Assembly (NCBI GenBank): GCA_963699755.1
Contig: CAVOVB010000001.1
Span: 1,824,001-1,888,000, forward strand
Direction: 5' to 3'
DNA length: 64,000 nt
From: an uncultured delta proteobacterium
GTDB taxonomy: Bacteria > Myxococcota_A > Polyangia > Polyangiales > Houyiibacteriaceae
Both the position numbers and the translations under genes were made by a program. Below are positions 1 to 8,837 of the stretch, piece after piece. The number at the start of each line of letters is the position of its first letter. The first letter of the stretch is position 1. Below the pieces are notes generated by a model that was not told the origin of the DNA, made no database searches, and saw only the letters and a program-made list of their open reading frames with translations.

Positions 1-2
1 TT

Positions 3-578
3 TTCCTGGTACGCACGACGAGACCCTACTTCGCCGTGCTTGGGCGTGTGCCCGAATCGCAGACCTATCTCAACATGGCGCGCCACCCGCACGCCGAAAC
101 GATTCCAGGCATCATCCTCGTCCGTGTCGACGCACAGTTCTATTTTGGCAATGTGAGCTTTCTCAAAGAAACGGTGCGCACCCTGGTCCGTGAATCCGAG
201 ACGCCGGTCCGATACTTCGTCCTCGAAGCGGCGGGGGTGAACGATCTCGACTCGGCGGCAGCCGCAACGCTGGCCGAGCTCGATGAGGAGCTGGCGGCGC
301 AAGGCATTCTCCTCGTTCTCACGCGAATCAAAGGCCCCGTCCGCGACGTTCTTCACCGCGCCGGGCTTCTCGAAAAGCTCGCCGCGGAAGGCCGAGTCTA
401 CCTTTCTACGCACCGTGCGATCGAGGTCCTTCGCTCGGGCATGGCGCTCCCGGACCTCTCCGCAGAGGCCGATGACCCGCGGGAGCCTGCAGACCAAGTG
501 GGCTGCGGCATGCTCAACCTGGAAGCGCCTGACCCTGGCAAGAACTTTTTCGAGACCGTAAAAAAGCGAAAGCAGTGA
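3..578 (+). CDS. SulP-family anion transporter, C-terminal part with STAS domain (5' partial)
   Basis: Open from window edge: FLVRTTRPYFAVLGRVP...VRVDAQFYFGN...VNDLDSAA...GPVRDVL, typical SulP STAS region. Confidence 0.85.
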   Translation, partial: FLVRTTRPYFAVLGRVPESQTYLNMARHPHAETIPGIILVRVDAQFYFGNVSFLKETVRTLVRESETPVRYFVLEAAGVNDLDSAAAATLAELDEELAAQGILLVLTRIKGPVRDVLHRAGLLEKLAAEGRVYLSTHRAIEVLRSGMALPDLSAEADDPREPADQVGCGMLNLEAPDPGKNFFETVKKRKQ

Positions 579-616
579 GGAAGGGTGCCGGGGTGGGGGA
601 ACGGCTTGCGTTGTTT

Positions 617-764
617 GGTTTAATTAAACCGCCCGCCCACCCCCGCCCGTAGTCCTCCCTGCCGCGGCAATCGCTTCGCTGTGCCTTGGCGGCGCGTTGC
701 GCCGGGCTTCGCCCTGCGGGCTCGCGCTGCCGCGGGTGGTTGGGGGTGGTCGTGAAGGGCGGGC
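617..764. repeat. Intergenic palindrome plus multi-branched GC-rich hairpin (REP/MITE-like or structured RNA)
   Basis: Perfect palindrome GGTTTAATTAAACC 617-630; pairings 631-638/757-764, 637-644/742-749, 662-669/728-735; inner hairpins 691-703 and 704-714. Confidence 0.55.
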
Positions 765-823
765 AGTGTCAGTGTCGGTGTCAGTGTCAGTGTCAGCGCC
801 AGCGTCATCGCCAGTGTCAGCGC
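764..823. repeat. Degenerate hexamer tandem repeat, (CAGTGT/CAGCGC)-like x10
   Basis: cagtgt cagtgt cggtgt cagtgt cagtgt cagcgc cagcgt catcgc cagtgt cagcgc. Confidence 0.85.
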
Positions 824-851
824 CAGCCTTTCGGCCGGCCGGCGGAGAGGT

Positions 852-2294
852 GTGGGTCCGCAGGTGAGTGGCGTCGACGATTACCATGCGTGGCGGCGCA
901 GGACGGAGGCCTTGGCTGAACGGGCCGATGTGGAGGCCTGGCGCGCGAAGCCCGAGTCTTCTGTTTACGACGCCAAGCTCTTGCGCCAGCACACCGAAGA
1001 GCTGACCCGCACGCGCGAGGCGGGCAAGGCGCTTCAGCTGGTGCCCTTGCTGCGAGAGGCTCTGTACCGGCATCTGGGTGAGTTGGCGGACCCCCGGCTC
1101 TATGCGCGAACACCGCTCGGCACCAAGCATCTGGTCGAGGGCTTCTACGAAGAAGCGCTCGCCTGCATCGCGTACTTGGCAGACCCCGATCAAACTGGGC
1201 TCTCCCCCGAGTTCACGCTCGCCGGCTTTCGAAGAGCAGCGCACATCTTCGGGCGTTCGGCACTCCTGCTCTCTGGGGGAGCCACGCTTGGCTTTTTCCA
1301 CCTAGGAGTCGTCAAGGCTTTGTTCGAGCAGGGCCTCTTGCCCAGCGTCCTTTCCGGCGCTTCGATGGGCGCCCTCATCGCGTGCGGCGCCGGGGTTCGA
1401 ACGGATGAGGAGCTCGAGGCGCTCTTCGCCGACCCACGGGTCATCCGGACCGATGCGCTCAAGCGCCTTCCGCCCAAGCGCGCCGCAAGCGAACGCGCCG
1501 TCTATGACCCGGCGCGTCTCGAAGCAGTGGTCGCAAACAACTGCGGCGACTTCACCTTTGAAGAGGCGCACGCGCGCACGGGCCGCACCGTCAGCATCAG
1601 CGTTTCACCGACTCGCGAGCGCCAGAAGCCAAGGGTGCTTTGCCACTTCACGACGCCCAAAGTTTTGATGAACAGTGCCGCGGTCGCTTCGGCGTCGATT
1701 CCCGGGGCCTTTCCAGGCGCGATGCTTTACCAACGAGACAGCTCGGGTGAACGTATCCCCTACATGTCGACGGAACGATGGATCGACGGCTCGCTCAAAG
1801 GCGATCTTCCGATGCGCCGGTTGAGTCGTCTTCACAACGTCAATCACTTCATCGTCAGCCAGGTCAACCCACACGTCGCGCCGGTTCGCGGCGTCACGGG
1901 AAAGCGCGGGATCGTCCCGGTCGTCTCCGGCGTGATCCTCTCGAGCGTTCTTGCGCAGGTAACCCACCAACTCGAGCTCGCCCGAGGCTTCACGAAGAGC
2001 ACGCCGCTCTACAGCACGTTCGACGTCGCCCACTCCTTGGCCAATCAGCCCTACAGCGGCGACATCGACATCCACCCGCGCCTTCGCCCCAGCGCCCTCC
2101 TCCGCGCCATGTCGAACATCTCCCACAAGGAGCTGCTGAAACACATCCTGGAAGGCGAGCGCGCCACCTGGCCGCTTCTCGCCCGCGTTCGCGATCAGAC
2201 CTGTGTATCGCGCGCCTTGGATGCAGCGATACGGCGGCTGTCGTCCGAACAGGCCGCCACGCGACGGCCTAGCTATCCACGGCCAAGTAGATGA
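852..2294 (+). CDS. Patatin-like phospholipase / TAG lipase with DUF3336-like N-terminus
   Basis: LSGGATLGFFHLG glycine loop, GASMG nucleophile elbow, WIDGS catalytic Asp, NHFIVSQVNPH; start codon uncertain. Confidence 0.85.
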   Translation: MGPQVSGVDDYHAWRRRTEALAERADVEAWRAKPESSVYDAKLLRQHTEELTRTREAGKALQLVPLLREALYRHLGELADPRLYARTPLGTKHLVEGFYEEALACIAYLADPDQTGLSPEFTLAGFRRAAHIFGRSALLLSGGATLGFFHLGVVKALFEQGLLPSVLSGASMGALIACGAGVRTDEELEALFADPRVIRTDALKRLPPKRAASERAVYDPARLEAVVANNCGDFTFEEAHARTGRTVSISVSPTRERQKPRVLCHFTTPKVLMNSAAVASASIPGAFPGAMLYQRDSSGERIPYMSTERWIDGSLKGDLPMRRLSRLHNVNHFIVSQVNPHVAPVRGVTGKRGIVPVVSGVILSSVLAQVTHQLELARGFTKSTPLYSTFDVAHSLANQPYSGDIDIHPRLRPSALLRAMSNISHKELLKHILEGERATWPLLARVRDQTCVSRALDAAIRRLSSEQAATRRPSYPRPSR

Positions 2295-3138
2295 CGTCGT
2301 CTCCGACTTCGACGTCGAGGTTCGGCAGCACGGCGTAGCAGGCTCGGCTCGTACGAATTTCAGTGACGCGGTCGCGGCCGACGAGCGTGCCCGGCGCGAG
2401 TCGCTGGAAGCCCGTCCATTGGGCGCCGAAGTGAAACTCTACGCTCGGCTTGGTGATCGTTTCGACGACATGCACCGTGCGTACTTCGCTGCCGTTGGTC
2501 GGGTGTCCGTCGTCGATCGCGCCGGTCACTCGAAGGAAGTTCATCGCGATGCGCTGCGCGGTCTCCGAGATCCCTGGATCCCCGTGCGAGCCGCACTCGA
2601 CCGACATGGCGGGAATGCCCGCGAGCTTGAGGAAGCCAATGATCACCTTGTCGGCGAGGCCGTACCAGGACTGCACGAGGTATGCGATGCCGATCTGCTT
2701 CGCGAGCTCATCGATGTGCGCCTCGCCGTTGCTCACACCGAATGCGGGCGTTGCGGTCCCCGCTGAGTGAAGGTCCAAAAACACGTCGAGCTCGCCAAGC
2801 ACTTCCTTTAGCTCGAGCGCGCGATGGTGCTCGTAGCCCCAGGCTTCCTCGCGAAGGGTCTCGGTGAACTCGAAATCCCAGAGGCGGTTGAGGTCTTCGC
2901 CCTCTGGCGTGTGACGCCGCCCTTGAGAAGTCGCTTCAGGGTTTGCATGAACCAAAAAGATCGTGCCTTTGGCGGGCGAGAGCTCTCCGTTTTCGAACGC
3001 ACTTGCGATGTGACGAATTGCCTCGGCCCCGCAGGGTTCGTTCCCATGCATCGAGCCGCCCACGCCGATGTAGGGCTTCGGCCAATCCGGAGATGCCGAT
3101 ATTCGCAACACGCCCGGTTTCAACTCTTCGATGTACAC
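2269..3138 (-). CDS. Succinylglutamate desuccinylase/aspartoacylase (M14) family hydrolase
   Basis: HGNE Zn motif, DLNR, LDLHS, VECG. Confidence 0.85.
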   Translation of the reverse strand: MYIEELKPGVLRISASPDWPKPYIGVGGSMHGNEPCGAEAIRHIASAFENGELSPAKGTIFLVHANPEATSQGRRHTPEGEDLNRLWDFEFTETLREEAWGYEHHRALELKEVLGELDVFLDLHSAGTATPAFGVSNGEAHIDELAKQIGIAYLVQSWYGLADKVIIGFLKLAGIPAMSVECGSHGDPGISETAQRIAMNFLRVTGAIDDGHPTNGSEVRTVHVVETITKPSVEFHFGAQWTGFQRLAPGTLVGRDRVTEIRTSRACYAVLPNLDVEVGDDVIYLAVDS

Positions 3139-4670
3139 AGCTCACTCTTCGTTTCGCGGTCCAGCACCTGTCTCGTCCGTTCGAACCAATGGTCCGCTTC
3201 GGCTGGGCTCTTGCCCACCGCAGTAATGCCGAGCTTTCCGAATTCGCTGAGCGTGCCCGTGAAGTGGAAGATCACGCCCGATTCGGAGTCGTTTTGATAG
3301 TGCAAACCGTTCGCGGTGGCAATGTCCAACAAGTCTTCGATGAGCAGGCCGCGGTAACTTTCCGAACGCAGCGAGTCGGTCGCGACGTAGAACTGCGGCT
3401 CGCCGCCTGGGGTCAGGTAAAGGCCCGCGTCCGGATCGTATCGGCCGTCCGTCAACATTCGAAGAAGCATCATGGGATGCGTCGTCCCGCCCAAACGCAA
3501 GTTGGTTTCGATCGCGTAGTGTTTCCAGGAGCCATCGTCGTCGCGCACGCAGATGAAGTCGACGGCCAACCGACCGACCGCGCCCTTCTGCTGGAGGATT
3601 TCGGCCACGCGAAGCGCATCCCGCTGGATGTCCATGCGATAGGCTTCGTCGGCAGGGAATCGACAGCCCGCATAGACCTGACCGTCCACCCCTTCGACGA
3701 GCTGGTCGTGCGTCGAAATCATGTCGAGACTGCCTTCGGGTGAGATCCGGAGCTGACAGCTCGGTGCGCGCTTCGCCCTGTCTTCGACGAAGGCCTCGAC
3801 GACACCGCCTTCCCGTTCGAGCTTCTCCCGAAAGCTCTCCCAGCTCAGTAGGGAATCGACGAAGCGCATCGTCGAGAGGGAATCGGCCAAGGCTTGCTTC
3901 CGCGCCTTGCCGCTCGCGCCGCTCCCCGGGGCGACGGAGCGCAGAGCGCCCAGGTCGAGGATTGCGTTGCCCTGGCCGCTGAAGCCGGTGTTTTGCTTCA
4001 CGACCACCCGCTCGAGCTCGACATCATCGCACCAGAGGCTGTCGATGGCTTCGACTAAATCCGCTTCGCTTTTCAGGTTCTCGACCCCTGGCAACATGCG
4101 AATGCCGGCTTCACGAAACGCCCAGCGCGACCCGGTCTTGGTGCCGAGCCAGGTCAAGTCGGGATCCACGCCGTAGAGCGGAACGCCGAGCGCGACCGCC
4201 ACGCTCCGCTCAAGGTCGGAAACCGTGAAGCAGGTCATGAGCCCGCAGTCGGGCCGAATCAAATTGCGGATCCGCTCGATGACCCGTGGTCGCTCCAGGA
4301 TCTTCTTCGATAGAGGCACGAACGAGCTGTCGTAGAGGGAGAGCACGGTGAGCCGTTGCCGCAGCTGCTCCGTTGGGATACCGCGGATCAACGAGAGCAT
4401 GTAATCGACAGCCGCCGGATGGATCGGCGCGGAGCTCACGTAGATCAGACGCGCCTGCGGATGTCGCAGCAAGTTCAGCGTGAACAGCATCCGCTCTTCG
4501 TAGTGAATCACGCCGTCGATCGCGACGGTGTCGATGCCATCGAACGACAAGGAAGGCACGACCACGATGTCTCTTGGCTCGGGTCCGTCGCCGTCGGCCA
4601 AAGCCCACCGTGGGGCCAGATGAGCCTGCAACTCGCGAAATGCCTTCATTTCGTCGCGGTCGCCACTCAT
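3120..4670 (-). CDS. PGM1-related ATP-grasp peptide ligase
   Basis: VVVPSLS, HYEER, LGTKTGSR, GFSGQGNA, STHDQ, GCRFPAD, ETNLRLGGTTHP, as in the pheganomycin ligase PGM1-related family. Confidence 0.8.
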   Translation of the reverse strand: MSGDRDEMKAFRELQAHLAPRWALADGDGPEPRDIVVVPSLSFDGIDTVAIDGVIHYEERMLFTLNLLRHPQARLIYVSSAPIHPAAVDYMLSLIRGIPTEQLRQRLTVLSLYDSSFVPLSKKILERPRVIERIRNLIRPDCGLMTCFTVSDLERSVAVALGVPLYGVDPDLTWLGTKTGSRWAFREAGIRMLPGVENLKSEADLVEAIDSLWCDDVELERVVVKQNTGFSGQGNAILDLGALRSVAPGSGASGKARKQALADSLSTMRFVDSLLSWESFREKLEREGGVVEAFVEDRAKRAPSCQLRISPEGSLDMISTHDQLVEGVDGQVYAGCRFPADEAYRMDIQRDALRVAEILQQKGAVGRLAVDFICVRDDDGSWKHYAIETNLRLGGTTHPMMLLRMLTDGRYDPDAGLYLTPGGEPQFYVATDSLRSESYRGLLIEDLLDIATANGLHYQNDSESGVIFHFTGTLSEFGKLGITAVGKSPAEADHWFERTRQVLDRETKSELCTSKS

Positions 4671-4738
4671 TCCTTTTCTATAGCATGCAGATGCCGGATT
4701 TACTTGCAGCCAGAGCGCGGGAAGGGCACAAGATCCCC

Positions 4739-5008
4739 GTGGCCATCGTCATCGAGTTATTGATCCCACTTGCGGTCGTCGGCCTGATCGGCTGGGGCCT
4801 CTGGCTCTGGTACAAGCTTCGGCTTGCACGCGCGGAGGAGACCGAACGCATGCAGGAAGAGCTCAGCGAGCTCCGCGCGTACAAGCAGGACACCGAAGCC
4901 CGCCTCCAGGCGCTCGAAACGATCGCTACGCTCGGCGAAGGCCGAATCCGAGTGGACTACAAAGACGTCCCCGAGGATGACGACGAACAGCGCAAACGCA
5001 GGGGTTGA
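4739..5008 (+). CDS. Small single-pass membrane protein with coiled coil (PspB-like architecture)
   Basis: Hydrophobic N-terminus LLIPLAVVGLIGWGLWLW followed by EELSELR...EARLQALETI; GTG start inferred. Confidence 0.6.
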   Translation: MAIVIELLIPLAVVGLIGWGLWLWYKLRLARAEETERMQEELSELRAYKQDTEARLQALETIATLGEGRIRVDYKDVPEDDDEQRKRRG

Positions 5009-5013
5009 TCGTC

Positions 5014-5589
5014 ATGGCGACAGCGAAGGAGGGACCGGAGCAGGAGGGGCTCTTCAGCTTCCTTTCGAGGCGCCGGTTCTTGAAGGTGAGTCTGGTGGCG
5101 GGTGGCGCCATCCTGGGCGTGGGTGGTGGTGGTCTTTTGGCCCTGAGGGGGCGGGCGCCCAAAGTCGAAGGGCTCCGGGTGCTCGATGCGCACGAATACC
5201 GAACGCTTCAAAGCTTGGTCGCCGTCATGCTCCCCAAGACCAACGGGATTCCAATCGACGCGGCGCCGATGGATCTTCCGCGAGCGTTCGACGGATTTCT
5301 TGCCGACGAACCCGAGCACAACGTCAAGGATCTGCAAAAAGCGCTGGTTCTCATCGAGCTCGGCCCCCTGGTGTTCGACAAGAAGCTCAATACGTTTTCG
5401 CGACTCGGCGTCGCGGAGCGTACCGAGCATTGGAACGGCTGGGCCACTAGCGACAGTTTGCTGCGACGTCAGGTAAGCATCGCCATGCGCAAGTTCTTCA
5501 ATCTCGTTTACTTCGACCATGAGCAGGTGTGGCCGTACATCGGCTACCCGGGGCCGTCGATGAAACGTACCAAGGAAGTCACGCCGTGA
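5014..5589 (+). CDS. Tat-signal partner subunit of GMC oxidoreductase (gluconate 2-dehydrogenase subunit 3-like)
   Basis: SRRRFLK twin-arginine motif; C-terminal WPYIGYPGP; stop overlaps GMC start. Confidence 0.75.
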   Translation: MATAKEGPEQEGLFSFLSRRRFLKVSLVAGGAILGVGGGGLLALRGRAPKVEGLRVLDAHEYRTLQSLVAVMLPKTNGIPIDAAPMDLPRAFDGFLADEPEHNVKDLQKALVLIELGPLVFDKKLNTFSRLGVAERTEHWNGWATSDSLLRRQVSIAMRKFFNLVYFDHEQVWPYIGYPGPSMKRTKEVTP

Positions 5590-7115
5590 GTGGCGCCATC
5601 CTCGACCTGTCCAAAGAGGCGACGCCCGACGGGGTCATCGCGGAGGTCTGCGTCATTGGCTCGGGCTCCGGCGGGGCAACGGCTGCGCGAATGTTGGCAG
5701 AGGCCGGTCGCGAGGTCGTCGTGCTCGAGGAGGGGCGTGATCTCGTCGGCCCAGAGCGGACGCAACGCGACGCGCCGATGTACGACCAGCTCTACATGGA
5801 CCGGGGAGGGCGGGCCTCCCACGACCTTTCGGTGAGCGTCCTGCAGGGCAGGGTGCTCGGCGGGGGCGGTGTGATCAACACCTGCGACGTGGTGCCGATC
5901 CCCGATGGGGTGCTGCGGCACTGGGCGGTCAAGTACGGGCTCGAAGACTACGCGCCTGAGCGATTCAAGCCCTTCACCGAGGACGCGCTTGCCGATCTTT
6001 CGGCGAGTCGCATCCCGGAGAGCATGGTCAACCTCGCGAACGCCAAGTTGCGTCAAGGGGCCGAAGCGCTCGGGCTGCGCGGCGAGGTGATGCTGCACAA
6101 TCGCGTGGGCTGCCGCGGGCTCGGCACCTGCCTCATCGGCTGCCCCATCCACGCCAAACGAAACCCACGCATGGTCGCGCTTCCCAAGGCGATCGAGGCC
6201 GGCGCCCGCATCTTCACGAGGGCCCGCGCCGTGAAGATCCACAAAGCCAGTCAGGAGCTCAAGGAGATCGAGGTGCGCACGCTCGACCCCGGGGGCTACC
6301 ACGAACAGAACGAGCTCAAGGTCCGAGCAAAGATCATCATCATCGCCGCAAACGCCGTCTCGTCGGCACAACTGTTGCTGCGTTCCGGCATCGGAAACGC
6401 GCACGTTGGGCAGAACCTCATGCTGCAACCCCAGCTCCCCGTCATCGGGATCTTCGATGAGCGCATCGCCGCGTTCGACGGCATCCCTCAATCGTATGCC
6501 GTCACCGAGTTCGAGCAAGACGACAACGCCGAGTTCGGGCTTTGGGGCTTTCGGATCGAAGGCATCATGGGCACGCCCGGGATCGTCTCCAGCCTCTTGC
6601 CGTTTTCGGGTGCCCCCGGGATGGAGGGCATGGCGCAGTATGATCGCATGGCGCCTTCGCTTCTCCTCGCCCCTGATGCGCCTTCGGGTCAGGTCGCAGT
6701 TGCGCGCAATGGTCGGCTGACGATTCGCTACGAGCAGCGCGACAATCATCGTGAGCGGCTCCGGCGTGCGGTCGAGCTCGCCGCCAAGGTCTACCTGGAA
6801 GCCGGCGCGCGAGAGGTTCTAGTGCCAACCGTGCCACCTCTCATCATCCGCTCGGCCCGTGAGGCCCAGCAAGCGCGGCAGCTGCCTTTCGCACCCGCGA
6901 CGGCGCCGATGATCAGCGCCCACCAGCAAGGCACCGTGCGATTTGCAGCCTCGGACCGCGATGGAGGCGCGGACTTGAACGGCCAGGTCTTTGGCACACG
7001 CGATGTCTACGTCTTCGACTCGTCGGGTTTTCCAACCAGCGCATCGAGCCACACCATGACCCCCATCATCGCTTCCTCGCGCATGCTGACGAGCAAGCTC
7101 CTCACCCGAATCTAA
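5586..7115 (+). CDS. GMC family oxidoreductase
   Basis: VIGSGSGG FAD motif, GRVLGGGGVIN, CRGLGTCLIGCP, SAHQQGT, VYVFDSSGFPT. Confidence 0.9.
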   Translation: MSGAILDLSKEATPDGVIAEVCVIGSGSGGATAARMLAEAGREVVVLEEGRDLVGPERTQRDAPMYDQLYMDRGGRASHDLSVSVLQGRVLGGGGVINTCDVVPIPDGVLRHWAVKYGLEDYAPERFKPFTEDALADLSASRIPESMVNLANAKLRQGAEALGLRGEVMLHNRVGCRGLGTCLIGCPIHAKRNPRMVALPKAIEAGARIFTRARAVKIHKASQELKEIEVRTLDPGGYHEQNELKVRAKIIIIAANAVSSAQLLLRSGIGNAHVGQNLMLQPQLPVIGIFDERIAAFDGIPQSYAVTEFEQDDNAEFGLWGFRIEGIMGTPGIVSSLLPFSGAPGMEGMAQYDRMAPSLLLAPDAPSGQVAVARNGRLTIRYEQRDNHRERLRRAVELAAKVYLEAGAREVLVPTVPPLIIRSAREAQQARQLPFAPATAPMISAHQQGTVRFAASDRDGGADLNGQVFGTRDVYVFDSSGFPTSASSHTMTPIIASSRMLTSKLLTRI

Positions 7116-7141
7116 CCCTCACCCGCCGCGGACCGCGAACC

Positions 7142-7336
7142 CTATTCCTCTTCAATTTGAATCGACTGGGTCGGACACATCATGCAGGCGTCCCGCACCT
7201 TGTCCTCGAGGTCGGGGGGGACGTCGTAGGTTTGAATCATCAGACTGCCATCTTCAGCGAACGAAAAGACCTCCTGGGCCTCTTCCACGCAGACGCCGTA
7301 GTGATTGCAAGTCGACGGGTTGTACATGATCTTCAT
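7142..7336 (-). CDS. Small [3Fe-4S]-type ferredoxin
   Basis: 64 aa; CNHYGVC (CxxYxxC) ... ACMMCPTQSI, like P450-associated ferredoxins; GGAG RBS upstream. Confidence 0.85.
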   Translation of the reverse strand: MKIMYNPSTCNHYGVCVEEAQEVFSFAEDGSLMIQTYDVPPDLEDKVRDACMMCPTQSIQIEEE

Positions 7337-7351
7337 AGGCCTGCTCCCACC

Positions 7352-7783
7352 TCAGGGTCTATTCAACAGCTCCCTTTCTTCGTACTCCATGTCGTCCCGG
7401 ATGGCGCGCGAGAGCTCGCGCACGCCGATGACCAGCTTCGAGCCAACCGCCGTTTCGTCGAGCTCGGCAATGATGCGATCGAAAAGCTTGCGCTGCCCTC
7501 GATGCTCGCGACGCATGTCTTCGGCGACCTGGTTGGCTTTGCCTGCCTCGGCAAGCGAAGGGAGTTGGTACTCCTCGTAGTGCAAATGCTCGATCAACAG
7601 CGCGCCGAGTTGTTGGAGCTCGTCGCGTAGCGCGATCACCGACTCATTGTCGCCGTGGTCGACGCGCTCGGTCAACGCCTCGACCCGCGCAAGCTGTGCG
7701 GAGATCTGCGCATGCTCGCTTCGGATGCGCGCTCTAATTTCGTCTGGGGTTGCGAGCATGGCTGTGTCGGAACCGCTGTCCAT
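7352..7783 (-). CDS. Hemerythrin-like (HHE) domain protein
   Basis: Helical; EHAQI, EHLHYEE, EHRGQ, DDMEYEE (last HxxxE His appears replaced by Asp). Confidence 0.7.
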   Translation of the reverse strand: MDSGSDTAMLATPDEIRARIRSEHAQISAQLARVEALTERVDHGDNESVIALRDELQQLGALLIEHLHYEEYQLPSLAEAGKANQVAEDMRREHRGQRKLFDRIIAELDETAVGSKLVIGVRELSRAIRDDMEYEERELLNRP

Positions 7784-8827
7784 CTATGCTGCGACAAGTC
7801 GCTTGCGGCGCTCTGCCAGTGTGAGCGGCTTGCTCACCTCCTTGAGGCCATCATACTCGTCTTGCGCCTGTTTGTGGTACCAGTCTGGGTAGAAGTGCTT
7901 GCACCACTTGCGAAATTCAGCGACCGGCCCATCCCCTTCGCAGAGCATGGGCCGCTCGAGGAAGGTCTTGTTCTCCCAAATCGGGGCGTCCTCCTCGAGT
8001 TGCCGCGCGATCTCCTTGGTGAAGGCTTTGCCGACCCCTGCGGTGATATCGGCGCCGCCGAGCTTTTTGACGGTGAATGAGAAGCGAACGTCGCAGAATT
8101 CATCGTCGATCGGCGTGACCGAAGCCATGTTCGTGGTCTCGACGATGCCCCGAAAGCGACTCACCGAGAAGCCAAAGCCGTGGACCTCGACATCGAGCTC
8201 GCCCTTCACCTCGCCCTGCGGCGTTTCGTAGATCGTGTCCGTGATCATCTTGATGTGCGGGTACTCGAGCTCCATCGTGTGGGGCTGCGGCACGATGTTC
8301 ATGCCATGCACATAGCGGAAATGCGCTTTGTCGACGACGTTCTCGCACATGTCCTGGTTGTGGGATCGGAGCTTCCAGTGCTGTCGCCAATACGGAGTCC
8401 ACGCATCGTTGTCCCACTCCGGGATCACGGGGATCTCCCACTCGGGTTCTCTCCCCTCGATGTCGTGCCAGACCATGATGACACCGTTGACCTCGTGAAC
8501 GGGCCAAGCCGTGATGTTGGCCTTGCGCGGAAGGTGCTGCGCGTAGGGCACTTGGATGCACTTGCCTGCGCCGCTGAACTTCCAAGCGTGAAATGGGCAG
8601 ACGATGCCCTCGCCTTCGACTTTGCCGCCGTGTCCTAGGTGTGCGCCCATGTGCGGGCAGAACGCGTCGAGCACGTTGACCTCGCCGCTTTCGGTGCGGA
8701 ACATGACGAGCTCGACGCCGAAGTATTTGAGCGGCTTGACCTCGCCCGACTTGATTTCATCCGAGTAGGCCACCTGAAACCACCCTCGCGGGTAGCGTGG
8801 AATCGAGAAACGCGGTTTGTTGCTCAT
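7784..8827 (-). CDS. Rieske oxygenase, KshA/cholesterol 7-desaturase family (copy 2)
   Basis: YPRGWF, CPHMGAHL..CPFHAW Rieske motif, ENVVDKAHFRYVH mononuclear Fe motif, DAPIWENK..PMLCEGDGP; ATG at 8827 with GGAG RBS. Confidence 0.88.
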   Translation of the reverse strand: MSNKPRFSIPRYPRGWFQVAYSDEIKSGEVKPLKYFGVELVMFRTESGEVNVLDAFCPHMGAHLGHGGKVEGEGIVCPFHAWKFSGAGKCIQVPYAQHLPRKANITAWPVHEVNGVIMVWHDIEGREPEWEIPVIPEWDNDAWTPYWRQHWKLRSHNQDMCENVVDKAHFRYVHGMNIVPQPHTMELEYPHIKMITDTIYETPQGEVKGELDVEVHGFGFSVSRFRGIVETTNMASVTPIDDEFCDVRFSFTVKKLGGADITAGVGKAFTKEIARQLEEDAPIWENKTFLERPMLCEGDGPVAEFRKWCKHFYPDWYHKQAQDEYDGLKEVSKPLTLAERRKRLVAA

Positions 8828-8837
8828 GTTCGTTCTC

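Noticed and set aside
624..850. DTDTDT- or CQCQCQ-encoding short ORFs over the hexamer repeat
   Set aside because: Low-complexity translations of a non-coding repeat; no RBS or domain
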